From the NCBI GenBank assembly GCA_038045705.1, contig JBBSXO010000003.1, positions 128,001-192,000 of the forward strand: a stretch of 64,000 nucleotides of DNA, written 5' to 3'. The notes under the pieces are model-generated. The model made no database searches. It was not told where the DNA came from and worked only from the letters and a program-made list of their open reading frames with translations. This document shows, piece after piece, positions 9,673-18,744 of this stretch (within the stretch, counting starts at the first letter, position 1; each line of letters opens with the position of its first letter). A program made the position numbers and the translations under genes. The stretch comes from Nanobdellota archaeon (GTDB lineage Archaea; Nanobdellota; Nanobdellia; Pacearchaeales; GW2011-AR1).

Positions 9673-9745
9673 AAAAAATAAAGCAAAAAACAGTATAAAA
9701 ACCTTATTAAGATAGTTATTTAAACAAAATAAGGTAAATTACATC

Positions 9746-9928
9746 ATGACTAAAAATAAACCAAAAGATACAAATAGTTACAAGGGATGGTTAAACTCAG
9801 ACAGTTTTCTTAAGAGGGCATTTGCAATATCTGGATATAGTTTTATCCCAGTTTTAATATTCTATGGAATAATCATAATTTTATTTATTATTATATTTTT
9901 GATATTTTTAGCATTCAATATTAATTAG
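9746..9928 (+). CDS. Small membrane protein
   Basis: 60 aa, KGWLNSDSFLKRAFAI followed by a hydrophobic tail. Confidence 0.65.
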   Translation: MTKNKPKDTNSYKGWLNSDSFLKRAFAISGYSFIPVLIFYGIIIILFIIIFLIFLAFNIN

Positions 9929-10533
9929 ATTTTCTTTATATTTTCAAGCAACTCATTCTTCTTTTTTCTTGAAGTATATTTCTTACCAAACCTAACAAGA
10001 GTAGGATTCACTTGAGACCAATATTTAGGAGGAAATAGTTTCTTCAGATCAGCTTCAACTTTATGAGGATTATTTGCCTTGCTCCAACCAAGTTTTCTCG
10101 CCAAGTAAAACACATGAGTATCAACAGCAAGCCCATATTTACCATGTTCAGACAAAAACACATTAGCGGTCTTTCTACCAACACCAGGCAACTCAATTAA
10201 CTTATCCAAATCATGAGGAATTTTACCATTATAATTTTTAATCAATTCATTAGAACAAGAAATAACATTTTTTGCTTTTCCCTTATTTAAGTTTAGTCTT
10301 CTAAAAATATACAAGACATCCTTATATCTAGATTTAGAAAGTTTCTCAAGTGAATCATATGTATTAAACAAAGTCTGAGCAATAGGAATTGTAGTCTCAT
10401 CCCTAGACTGTGCACTCATAATAGTAGCAATCAGGCATTTCCACTCACTACCCCATCCTTCAGCAGCAAGCCTCATGCTTCCGCCAAGTCTTTCTAGTTC
10501 ACTTAATTGCCTTAAAGCACGTTTTAAATCCAT
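9925..10533 (-). CDS. nth: Endonuclease III-like HhH-GPD DNA glycosylase lacking the Fe-S motif
   Basis: IMSAQSRD, LPGVGRKTANV, AVDTHV; no C-terminal Cys cluster. Confidence 0.85.
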   Translation of the reverse strand: MDLKRALRQLSELERLGGSMRLAAEGWGSEWKCLIATIMSAQSRDETTIPIAQTLFNTYDSLEKLSKSRYKDVLYIFRRLNLNKGKAKNVISCSNELIKNYNGKIPHDLDKLIELPGVGRKTANVFLSEHGKYGLAVDTHVFYLARKLGWSKANNPHKVEADLKKLFPPKYWSQVNPTLVRFGKKYTSRKKKNELLENIKKI

Positions 10534-10582
10534 AAGAATTGAAAGCACAAAACCTTAAAATACGTTTCTCCTTGCTCAATAT

Positions 10583-12955
10583 ATGGAACCAAAGCTATCA
10601 GAAATTAAGAATTGGTCAATAGAATTAGAAGATAAAATAACTACATTATGGAAAAATAAAGAATTATTTACATTTAATCCTGACACAAAAAAGAAGATCT
10701 ACTCAATAGACACTCCTCCTCCATATGTTAATACTCCAATTCATATTGGTCATGCAACAACTTATACTTACATGGACTTTTTTGCAAGATACAAAAGAAT
10801 GAAGGGTTTTGAAGTTCTTTTCCCCCTAGGACTAGATAGAAATGGTCTTCCAATAGAATTAGCGACAGAAAAGAAATTCAATGTATCTCCTTTCAAAATA
10901 GGCAGGGAACAATTTATAGAATATTGCAAAAAACTATTACAAGAAGCATCAGAAGAATCAATTCATTCTTTTGCAAAGCTTGGACACTCATATTCATCAT
11001 ATAAAAAAGGCAATAAACTAGGGGAAATTTATTATACAGATTCTCCAGAATATAGAAAAATAACACAAGATACATTTATTGACCTGTTCCATAAAGGTCT
11101 GATCTATGAAGATGAGAGAATAAATAATTGGGACATAAAACTTCAAACAACAGTAGCCGATTCAGAGATAGAATATAAAGAAATTCCGTCTAAATTTAAT
11201 CATATAGAATGGAAAGTAGAAAAATCAAAAGAAAAAATAGTAGTTGCCACGACAAGACCAGAATTACTATGCACTTGTGCAATGGTTATCTATAATCCAG
11301 AAGATAAAAGATATAGCCATCTAAAAGGAAAAAAAGCAATAGTTCCTATATTTGGTCATGTTGTTCCAATACAAGAACATCCATTTGCTCAAATGGATAA
11401 AGGAACAGGATTAGTAATGATGTGTTCTACAGGAGATGTTACAGACATCCAATTCTTTAGAGAAATGAAAATAAAACCAAAAATAGCAATTACAAAAGAA
11501 GGAAGAATGAATGAACATGCTTCTCAATTTAGCGGATTAAAAGTCAAGGAAGCAAGAGAAAAGACAATAGAAGAATTACAAAAACAAGACTTAATAGTAA
11601 AACAAGAAAACATCATTCATAGAACTCCGACTTCAGAAAGGTCAAGTGCAGAGATAGAATTCATACAAATGCCTGAGTATTATCTTAAGCAATTAGAAAC
11701 ATTACCGAAACTAAAAAAAGAAATTAATAAGATAAAATTCTACCCTAAACAATCAAAAGAAATTTTAACTAAATGGATAGATTCTATTTCTATTGATTGG
11801 CCAATATCTAGAAGAAGGTTTTACGCTACTCCTATTCCATTGTGGAGATCAGGCAACTTAATAGCTGTTCCTCCAAAAGGAAAATATTATGAGCCTACAA
11901 AAGAAAATGTTCCAAAAGATGCAACAGTATATGAAAAAGATAAAAAAATAGGTAATGTAAGCGATTTCAAAAACAAAATTTGGATCGGTGAAGAAAAGGT
12001 ATTTGATACATGGTTTGATTCTTCAATTTCAGAACTAAATATCATTCAATATCCTTCAGAATTTGCAAAGAAAGCATATCCAATTTCATTAAGACCACAA
12101 GGTAAAGAGATAGTTAGAACTTGGCTTTATTATTCTTTACTTAGGGGTTATTTGGAAACCAGTAAACTACCTTTTGAGAGTGTTTGGATACATCAACATA
12201 TAGTAGATACCCAAGGAAGAAAAATGTCTAAATCTGTAGGAAATGTAATAGATCCTAAAGAAATACTAAAACTTCATGGATCTGAAAGTTTCAGGTTCTG
12301 GGCAGCACTAGAAGGAAACCTTGCAGAGCAGGATCTAAAATGTTCAATGGATAGAATAGGCGCAGAAACAAAAACAATAAACAAATTACTCAATTTAGCA
12401 AGATTTGTTACGCAATTCAAAAAACCGTCCAAAATAAATTTAACTAAAACAGATGATAATTTCATAAATTATATAGACGCAGAAACAATAAAGGTAGATG
12501 AAAATTATGAAGAATATGAATTTCATGCACCTGTTGAAAAATTAAGAAAGTTCCTTTGGGACACTTTTGCTTCACATTATGTGGAAATGATAAAGAACAG
12601 AGTTTATAATGAAAATTCTAATTTTAGTAAAGAAGAAAGCGATTCAGCAAAATACACTTTACACTATTTATTGGAAAGAATAATAACTCTATTATATCCA
12701 ATAATTCCACAAGTAACTTCAGTTATAGGAAATGAATTAGGGTTAACATTGCATAAAATAGAATTTCCAAAAGTTATAAAGCAAAAAGAAAATTCTGAAA
12801 AAATAATAGAAGAAATAATGAAGTTCAATAGTGAAGTTTGGAAACAAAAGAAAGAACAAAGTATTTCACTAAAAGAACCAATCTCAAATATCAAAATACC
12901 TTCAAACCTGAAGGACTTTGAAAAGGATCTAATAGCATGTCATAATTTAAAATGA
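10583..12955 (+). CDS. valS: Valyl-tRNA synthetase
   Basis: IDTPPPY, HIGH, ATTRPE, DWPISR, KMSKS. Confidence 0.95.
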   Translation: MEPKLSEIKNWSIELEDKITTLWKNKELFTFNPDTKKKIYSIDTPPPYVNTPIHIGHATTYTYMDFFARYKRMKGFEVLFPLGLDRNGLPIELATEKKFNVSPFKIGREQFIEYCKKLLQEASEESIHSFAKLGHSYSSYKKGNKLGEIYYTDSPEYRKITQDTFIDLFHKGLIYEDERINNWDIKLQTTVADSEIEYKEIPSKFNHIEWKVEKSKEKIVVATTRPELLCTCAMVIYNPEDKRYSHLKGKKAIVPIFGHVVPIQEHPFAQMDKGTGLVMMCSTGDVTDIQFFREMKIKPKIAITKEGRMNEHASQFSGLKVKEAREKTIEELQKQDLIVKQENIIHRTPTSERSSAEIEFIQMPEYYLKQLETLPKLKKEINKIKFYPKQSKEILTKWIDSISIDWPISRRRFYATPIPLWRSGNLIAVPPKGKYYEPTKENVPKDATVYEKDKKIGNVSDFKNKIWIGEEKVFDTWFDSSISELNIIQYPSEFAKKAYPISLRPQGKEIVRTWLYYSLLRGYLETSKLPFESVWIHQHIVDTQGRKMSKSVGNVIDPKEILKLHGSESFRFWAALEGNLAEQDLKCSMDRIGAETKTINKLLNLARFVTQFKKPSKINLTKTDDNFINYIDAETIKVDENYEEYEFHAPVEKLRKFLWDTFASHYVEMIKNRVYNENSNFSKEESDSAKYTLHYLLERIITLLYPIIPQVTSVIGNELGLTLHKIEFPKVIKQKENSEKIIEEIMKFNSEVWKQKKEQSISLKEPISNIKIPSNLKDFEKDLIACHNLK

Positions 12956-12969
12956 AAACAAAACATTTA

Positions 12970-12990
12970 AATATAACTTGATGTTATATT
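12970..12990. promoter_or_regulatory. Inverted-repeat operator abutting the TATA box of a TA promoter
   Basis: AATATAAC-n5-GTTATATT perfect 8-bp inverted repeat directly after AAACATTTAAATA. Confidence 0.6.
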
Positions 12991-13011
12991 TTATTATACT
13001 CAATGTATAAC

Positions 13012-13221
13012 ATGGAAACCGAATTAAAAACTTTGGCAAGAACAAGGAGAATAGGGGGATCTCTAGTTATAACAATACCTATGGAAATAGTAAAAGAAGA
13101 ACAGCTAGAAGAAAATCAAGTAGTAGAAATTTCTGTAAAAAAATCAAGAAAAAGTTACTTTGGAGCACTCAAAGGAATAGGTCCTTTCACAAGAAAAGAT
13201 AGAATGGAAGATAGATTTTAA
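13012..13221 (+). CDS. AbrB/MazE-type antitoxin
   Basis: RRIGGSLVITIP swapped-hairpin motif; coupled to a PIN gene. Confidence 0.85.
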   Translation: METELKTLARTRRIGGSLVITIPMEIVKEEQLEENQVVEISVKKSRKSYFGALKGIGPFTRKDRMEDRF

Positions 13222-13604
13222 TGAAATACTTTGTTGACTCCTCCGCGTGGATAGAATATTTTAATGGAAGTTCAGCAGGCGAAAAAGTAAATGACATTAT
13301 GTTAAATGAGGAAAGCGAAATATTTATCATTAACATTAATATAGGAGAAGTCGTTAGTTTTCTAAAAAGAGAAAGCAAAAACATTGAAACCGCTTATGAA
13401 TCTATGATAAAAAGAGCAAAAATATTTGAGATAACTCCAAGGATTGCCAAAGAAGCTGGAATATTGCACGCGGAAAAAAGAATGAACAAATCAACTATTT
13501 CTTTGGCAGACACTTTAATCATTAGTGCTGCAAAATCAATAAATGCAAAAATAGTAGCTAAAGATCCTCATTTTAAAGATGTAAAAGAAGCAATTCTACT
13601 CTAA
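13221..13604 (+). CDS. vapC: VapC PIN-domain toxin
   Basis: VDSSAWIEY...E...SLADTLI...KDPHF. Confidence 0.9.
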   Translation: MKYFVDSSAWIEYFNGSSAGEKVNDIMLNEESEIFIININIGEVVSFLKRESKNIETAYESMIKRAKIFEITPRIAKEAGILHAEKRMNKSTISLADTLIISAAKSINAKIVAKDPHFKDVKEAILL

Positions 13605-13697
13605 TCCACAACCTTTAAAATTATCTCAAAAGTTATAATTTTAAACCTGTTAATCTCAATTAACAATGTTTAAAACACAATTTTAACACTTAATAAC

Positions 13698-14792
13698 ATG
13701 AACGACAAACAAAAACTCCAATTAGAAGAACAAATTGAAGAATTAGAATCTGTAAGAGGAAGACATACAGAATTAGTTACAGTATTAATTCCTGTTGATT
13801 TTAATATTCATAGTGTAACAAAACAACTAGAAGCAGAGCGTTCAACAGCAGATAACATTAAATCAAAAGCAACTCGTTCAGCTGTTACCGACGCTATTGA
13901 TATGATTGTACGTTTCCTTAAAGGTACAAAACAAACTCCTCCAAATGGTTTAGCTTTGTATGCAGGAAATGTTTCACAAAAAGAAGGAGTTCAAGACATG
14001 AAATTATGGTCTATTGAACCTCCTAAGCCATTAAAAGTTAGAATGTACCGCTGTGATCAAGTATTTGTAACAGAACCATTAAGAAACATGTTACAAACAG
14101 ATGAAGTCTATGGTCTTATTGTAATAGATAGGCAAGAAGCAACATTGGGATTATTAGAAGGAAAGCAGATTAAAGTTTTAAGACATCTAACTTCAGGAGT
14201 TCCAAGCAAAGTAAGAGCAGGTGGACAGAGCGCACAAAGGTTTCACAGAATTACAGAAGGTCTGGCTAAGGAATTCTTTAGACGTACAGCTGAAGCAGCA
14301 AAAGAATTGTTTTTTGAGTTACCAAGATTAAAAGGATTACTTGTTGGAGGACCAATACCTACCAAGGAAGAATTTTTAGAAGATGGGAATTTAGTTACAA
14401 AGTTGAAAGAAAAAGTAATTGCCGTAAAAGATATAGGTTACGTCGATGAACATGGATTAAAATTATTAGTGGAAGCATCTCAAGAAGACATAGCCGAACA
14501 AGAAATAATAAAAGAAAAGAAAATAATAGAAGAATTTTTCATGACATTAGGGAAATATCCTGAAAAAACAACTTATGGAGAAGAAAAAACAAAAGTTGCA
14601 TTCGAGAGAGGAGCAGTCTACAAGTTGATTTTATCAAATAAATTAGAGAAAAGTAAAATAGCAGAGTTTGAAAAATTAGCTTTAAACATAGGATCTGAAG
14701 TAAGTCTAGTTTCAGATGAAACTCCTGAAGGAGAACAATTTTTTAATATTACAAAAGGAATTGGAGCTATTTTAAGATTTCAAATAGAATAA
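13698..14792 (+). CDS. prf1: Peptide chain release factor aRF1
   Basis: NIKS, YRCD, GGQS motifs. Confidence 0.97.
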   Translation: MNDKQKLQLEEQIEELESVRGRHTELVTVLIPVDFNIHSVTKQLEAERSTADNIKSKATRSAVTDAIDMIVRFLKGTKQTPPNGLALYAGNVSQKEGVQDMKLWSIEPPKPLKVRMYRCDQVFVTEPLRNMLQTDEVYGLIVIDRQEATLGLLEGKQIKVLRHLTSGVPSKVRAGGQSAQRFHRITEGLAKEFFRRTAEAAKELFFELPRLKGLLVGGPIPTKEEFLEDGNLVTKLKEKVIAVKDIGYVDEHGLKLLVEASQEDIAEQEIIKEKKIIEEFFMTLGKYPEKTTYGEEKTKVAFERGAVYKLILSNKLEKSKIAEFEKLALNIGSEVSLVSDETPEGEQFFNITKGIGAILRFQIE

Positions 14793-14810
14793 TCTAAAAG
14801 ATAAAAACCT

Positions 14811-17800
14811 TCAATTGTAACCTGTCTTCCTAATTAATCTGTTTCCCATCAAACTCTTAAATCTCCTATGCTTTCTCACAGAATGAACTATTACTATCAT
14901 TACAATAATTATCCCAACAATAAGAGTACTCATTATTATCCAGAATACTAATCTTATTTGAGAATCAATAGGACTATCTTCAGTCAATGTTTCAGTTTCC
15001 TCCAAATCTTCATCGACTAACTGAGTTTCATCAAGCTCAATATTATCATTATCATTAGAACATCCTGTATCAGATGGATAGTCAACTAATCCATCACCAT
15101 CATTATCAACTTCATCATTACATTGAGTAACTAAAGTATTAGTTCTTCTAGGAGGACCACCAGTCCCACTTCCAGAACTACTTCCACTTCCAGATCCAGA
15201 ACTACTAGAACCAGATCCAGTCCCACACGTTCCACAATCAGAAGCACAAGAAGAACAAGTCTCACTTAATACATGACAATAATTATCTCCACAAGTAGAG
15301 TTTAGAGTACTGTAATTACTAAACCCTACAGCAGTCATCACAAATTCACCATTAGAGTAAGATAAAGGAGTACACTTTGTAGAAGGACAAGTAACATTCC
15401 CAGATGAAGTCTGAATTATAGGAACAGGAGCTTGAGTATAACTCAAGTTATAGAAAGTAACTCTAGCAGTTTGATTCAATTCAACATAACTTTCACTATA
15501 TACTCCAACTATATTACTTGCAATAGCAATAGCATTATTCAAGTTCAAAGCCTGATAAACTCCAGAAACAGATCTCCACAATGAAACCTGTTGTCCTAAG
15601 TACTGTATTCTTCCAAGTCCTGGAATTCCAATAGAAAAGTCAACAACTCTAGTCAAATCAGTAATATTAGAAATATTAGTAGTCAGATTATTATTAAATC
15701 TAGAGTAAAGAGGAATAGGACATCCACTATCTCCTACTAAATCACGAGTTCCATCACAATCATTATCCAGTCCATCTCTACACAATTCAACCCCAGTTTC
15801 AACAGTAGCATATCCTGAAATAGAATTGTAATTACATCCAGGCCAGTTATTATTAGTACAAGTCTCAAATGAATTCAGACAAACTCCTCTCTGTTCTCCA
15901 CAGTTTCTAACCTGTCCGTTAGTACAAACAGGTAAACTCAAAACAGTTAAGTTATAATTTACATTTCTAACAACTGTTCCACTTGTTCCAGTAATTATAA
16001 TACTTTGATTAGAAACCAAAGTAGCACTAGAAGAAGCAGATAAAGTAAGAGTTGAAGAGCAAGAATTTCCACTAGAAGGAGTACAACTTGTTGGATTAAA
16101 TAACGCAGAAATTCCAGCAGATAAGTTAGTAGCAGTAAATGTCACAGCAGATGAAGTTCCAGAAGTATGAGTCGCAGTAACTGTAGTAGAAACAGTGTTA
16201 CCTCTTTGTACAGATCCAGATGTAGGACTTCTAGAAATTGTAAAGTCTAATGGAGCACTTTGATTTGTAGTATTACTAGCAAGATTAGACCAACCTGAAA
16301 CACCAACACTATTATTCGCTAAAACTCTATATTCAAATGAAGTACTTGTAGGCAAACCATTATCAGTAAATGTAATTGTATTTGCAGGCAAGTTAGAAGC
16401 AGTAGACAATACATTAAAGCTACCAGAAGGTAATTGTCTTCTCTCAACTCTGAAGTTCATTTCATTATCGCTATTGTCTTTCCAATTAAGTCTCAACTGT
16501 ATAGAACTTACTGGAGTAACGTTTAAGTCAGAAGGGGAGTTAGGCAAACTCCCAGGTACACATCCCTCATCAACCTGACCATCACAGTCATTATCTAATC
16601 CATCACAAGTGCTTTCAATTACTTGATAATTAGAATTATGAGTTACATATGTAGTAGGTGAATAAGTAGGGGCACTGCATCCCCACCAATTCTTAAACTT
16701 ACAAGTCTCTCTTGATCCAGCACAAACTCCTCTCTGTTCTTGACAATTTCTTTGCGTGTTTTCAGTACAGAGATCATTAGGGTTCCATTGCCGACCATAA
16801 TCAGACCTATGAGTAACCCATAATTGGTCAAGCCATCTTCGCCAATCAGGAAATTGGGTAACACCTTCAATTTGCATATAACGATCCATATATGGGAAAT
16901 AAACATCATGATTCCAAAGATCAGTAATGCCCATAATATGAGCGGCTAAAGCATAACCAACCCATGAACTAGCAGTACAACAAATACGATAACCATTTCC
17001 AGTCCAAATAACATTATCACCTCTAGGATCGTCCCAATGATTCCAACCCCAATCAGGAAGTCCTATATCAGCAGAAGTATACCCTCCATAACCACAATTC
17101 ACACCTCCTGCAGAACATTCAGGAATAACAGAAGGAGGTGTATTTACAGGATAATTAGTTACAGCAAAAGTCTGTCCAGTATCTCCAAAATAGCCTGGAT
17201 CAGTATTATCAAAACGAATCCTAGACATACCTTGATCATTAAGCAAAGCTCCCGCAAAAAGAATTGGGAACAACCGACCGGAGCCATGGCCCCCATTAGG
17301 AAACCAAGAATCATTAACATTAACACGATTGTTAAAAGCACCATAGAAATCAATACCTAATTGAGTAAGCATAACAACTAATCTTTCTTTTTCCGCATTA
17401 GTATAATTAAGATTAACTAAAATAGCTATATAAGAAACATCTAAAGCAAAAGCTCCACCATATCCAGAGGCACCTAAAGAAGGTTGAACCCCTTCAGTTC
17501 TCCAATAATTAGTCTGAACATTAACACGTTCAAATGTTTTTTCTATCTGTGATATGTTTAAAGGAGAAGGTGGAGCGCTAGAGGGAGTTAATCTTCCCAG
17601 ACGATTATAATCTAATTGATTTTTATTAAAACGAATAGTTTTATCTGTTCCAAAATAAGTCGGTCTAAAACTATTTGCTGGAGGTACTTGAGTAAGAATA
17701 GTTAATACTGCAGCATCTCTAACAAAACCTCTTGTACATGAGAATGTAATGCTGTTAACTGCATCCCAGCCATATGTAGCTCCGCAAGTAGAAGGAGTAG

Positions 17801-18686
17801 TCTGACTTTCTGTAGATAAAAGAGATGCAGAAGCAGTAATAGTTAAAGGGAAAGTTGGCCGTAATGTAGCATCATAAGAAGGCCCATCATTATTACTAAG
17901 ACGATCATCATAAGGTTGACCGCTTAGACCACTACGAAAACTTGGATTCAACCATGAACCATGCCTTCCAGGTATTTGTAAAGGAGAAGTACTAGTAATT
18001 GTTACAGGACCAATAACCCACCAATCTCCATTAGCAAATTGCCCGCATTCAACAGGTGTTTGAAAATTCCAAGTAATTCCATAACGAGTAATTGAAGAAC
18101 ACAAAGCACTTTCAGGTCCAGACCCACCAGAAGGAGATAAAGAAGAATCATCGCCATAAAAAAGATAAATTTTTTCAGAAACCAAATTCTTAGAATAACT
18201 AGGAGAAGAGCTAAGACTAACAATAGAATAAATTTCAAGTCTAGAATCTTCTGAAGATTCATCCGCCAAAATTAAAACTCCATCGGTAATTTTCCAGTCA
18301 AATGAAGCAACACCATTTTCAAAAACGCTTTGAAGATTAATTATATGGTCATCAAACAGGATATCTTTTTCAAAAATCTCAAAATCAACTTTATAACCAT
18401 CACAATTTTTTCCAAAAACTTCAAAGTGAACAACATCTCCAATTTTAACAGAATTAACACTCGATGAAACTCTTTCAATTATACACGAAGAACCAATATC
18501 TACATTAGGAAAAGTTCTAAGATCTGAAATATTAAGAAGAGAATCTTCTTCAGAAATAACTTTGCCTGTAATTGTCCCATCAATATCAAAAAAACTATAA
18601 GTCTTATTTACGTCAAAAAATAAAACAAAAGAAAAAAAAGCAATAAAAAAAACAAATATAATAAAAAAATCAACACTCCACTTCAT
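14811..18686 (-). CDS. Giant cell-surface protein A (uncharacterised payload domain, Cys-rich DGLDNDCDG repeats, FnIII, Ser/Gly linker, C-terminal TM)
   Basis: N-terminal hydrophobic signal; FnIII (PSDLNVT...LNWKDNS...YRVLANN); two CxDGLDNDCDG units; C-terminal TM helix and basic tail. Confidence 0.85.
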   Translation of the reverse strand: MKWSVDFFIIFVFFIAFFSFVLFFDVNKTYSFFDIDGTITGKVISEEDSLLNISDLRTFPNVDIGSSCIIERVSSSVNSVKIGDVVHFEVFGKNCDGYKVDFEIFEKDILFDDHIINLQSVFENGVASFDWKITDGVLILADESSEDSRLEIYSIVSLSSSPSYSKNLVSEKIYLFYGDDSSLSPSGGSGPESALCSSITRYGITWNFQTPVECGQFANGDWWVIGPVTITSTSPLQIPGRHGSWLNPSFRSGLSGQPYDDRLSNNDGPSYDATLRPTFPLTITASASLLSTESQTTPSTCGATYGWDAVNSITFSCTRGFVRDAAVLTILTQVPPANSFRPTYFGTDKTIRFNKNQLDYNRLGRLTPSSAPPSPLNISQIEKTFERVNVQTNYWRTEGVQPSLGASGYGGAFALDVSYIAILVNLNYTNAEKERLVVMLTQLGIDFYGAFNNRVNVNDSWFPNGGHGSGRLFPILFAGALLNDQGMSRIRFDNTDPGYFGDTGQTFAVTNYPVNTPPSVIPECSAGGVNCGYGGYTSADIGLPDWGWNHWDDPRGDNVIWTGNGYRICCTASSWVGYALAAHIMGITDLWNHDVYFPYMDRYMQIEGVTQFPDWRRWLDQLWVTHRSDYGRQWNPNDLCTENTQRNCQEQRGVCAGSRETCKFKNWWGCSAPTYSPTTYVTHNSNYQVIESTCDGLDNDCDGQVDEGCVPGSLPNSPSDLNVTPVSSIQLRLNWKDNSDNEMNFRVERRQLPSGSFNVLSTASNLPANTITFTDNGLPTSTSFEYRVLANNSVGVSGWSNLASNTTNQSAPLDFTISRSPTSGSVQRGNTVSTTVTATHTSGTSSAVTFTATNLSAGISALFNPTSCTPSSGNSCSSTLTLSASSSATLVSNQSIIITGTSGTVVRNVNYNLTVLSLPVCTNGQVRNCGEQRGVCLNSFETCTNNNWPGCNYNSISGYATVETGVELCRDGLDNDCDGTRDLVGDSGCPIPLYSRFNNNLTTNISNITDLTRVVDFSIGIPGLGRIQYLGQQVSLWRSVSGVYQALNLNNAIAIASNIVGVYSESYVELNQTARVTFYNLSYTQAPVPIIQTSSGNVTCPSTKCTPLSYSNGEFVMTAVGFSNYSTLNSTCGDNYCHVLSETCSSCASDCGTCGTGSGSSSSGSGSGSSSGSGTGGPPRRTNTLVTQCNDEVDNDGDGLVDYPSDTGCSNDNDNIELDETQLVDEDLEETETLTEDSPIDSQIRLVFWIIMSTLIVGIIIVMIVIVHSVRKHRRFKSLMGNRLIRKTGYN
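15114..15176. repeat. Near-identical segment shared with 19057-19119 (paralogous C-termini)
   Basis: Identical blocks of 23 nt (15114-15136 = 19057-19079) and 37 nt (15140-15176 = 19083-19119). Confidence 0.9.
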
Positions 18687-18744
18687 AAAGAAAAAAGAAT
18701 AAGGCTATTTATAAGGTTTATTATAGCTCTATCTCGACTACAAA

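Noticed and set aside
15160-15225. Short tandem repeats as a possible CRISPR array or VNTR (also 19105-19160)
   Set aside because: They encode Ser/Gly linkers; there is no repeat-spacer periodicity and no cas gene in the window.
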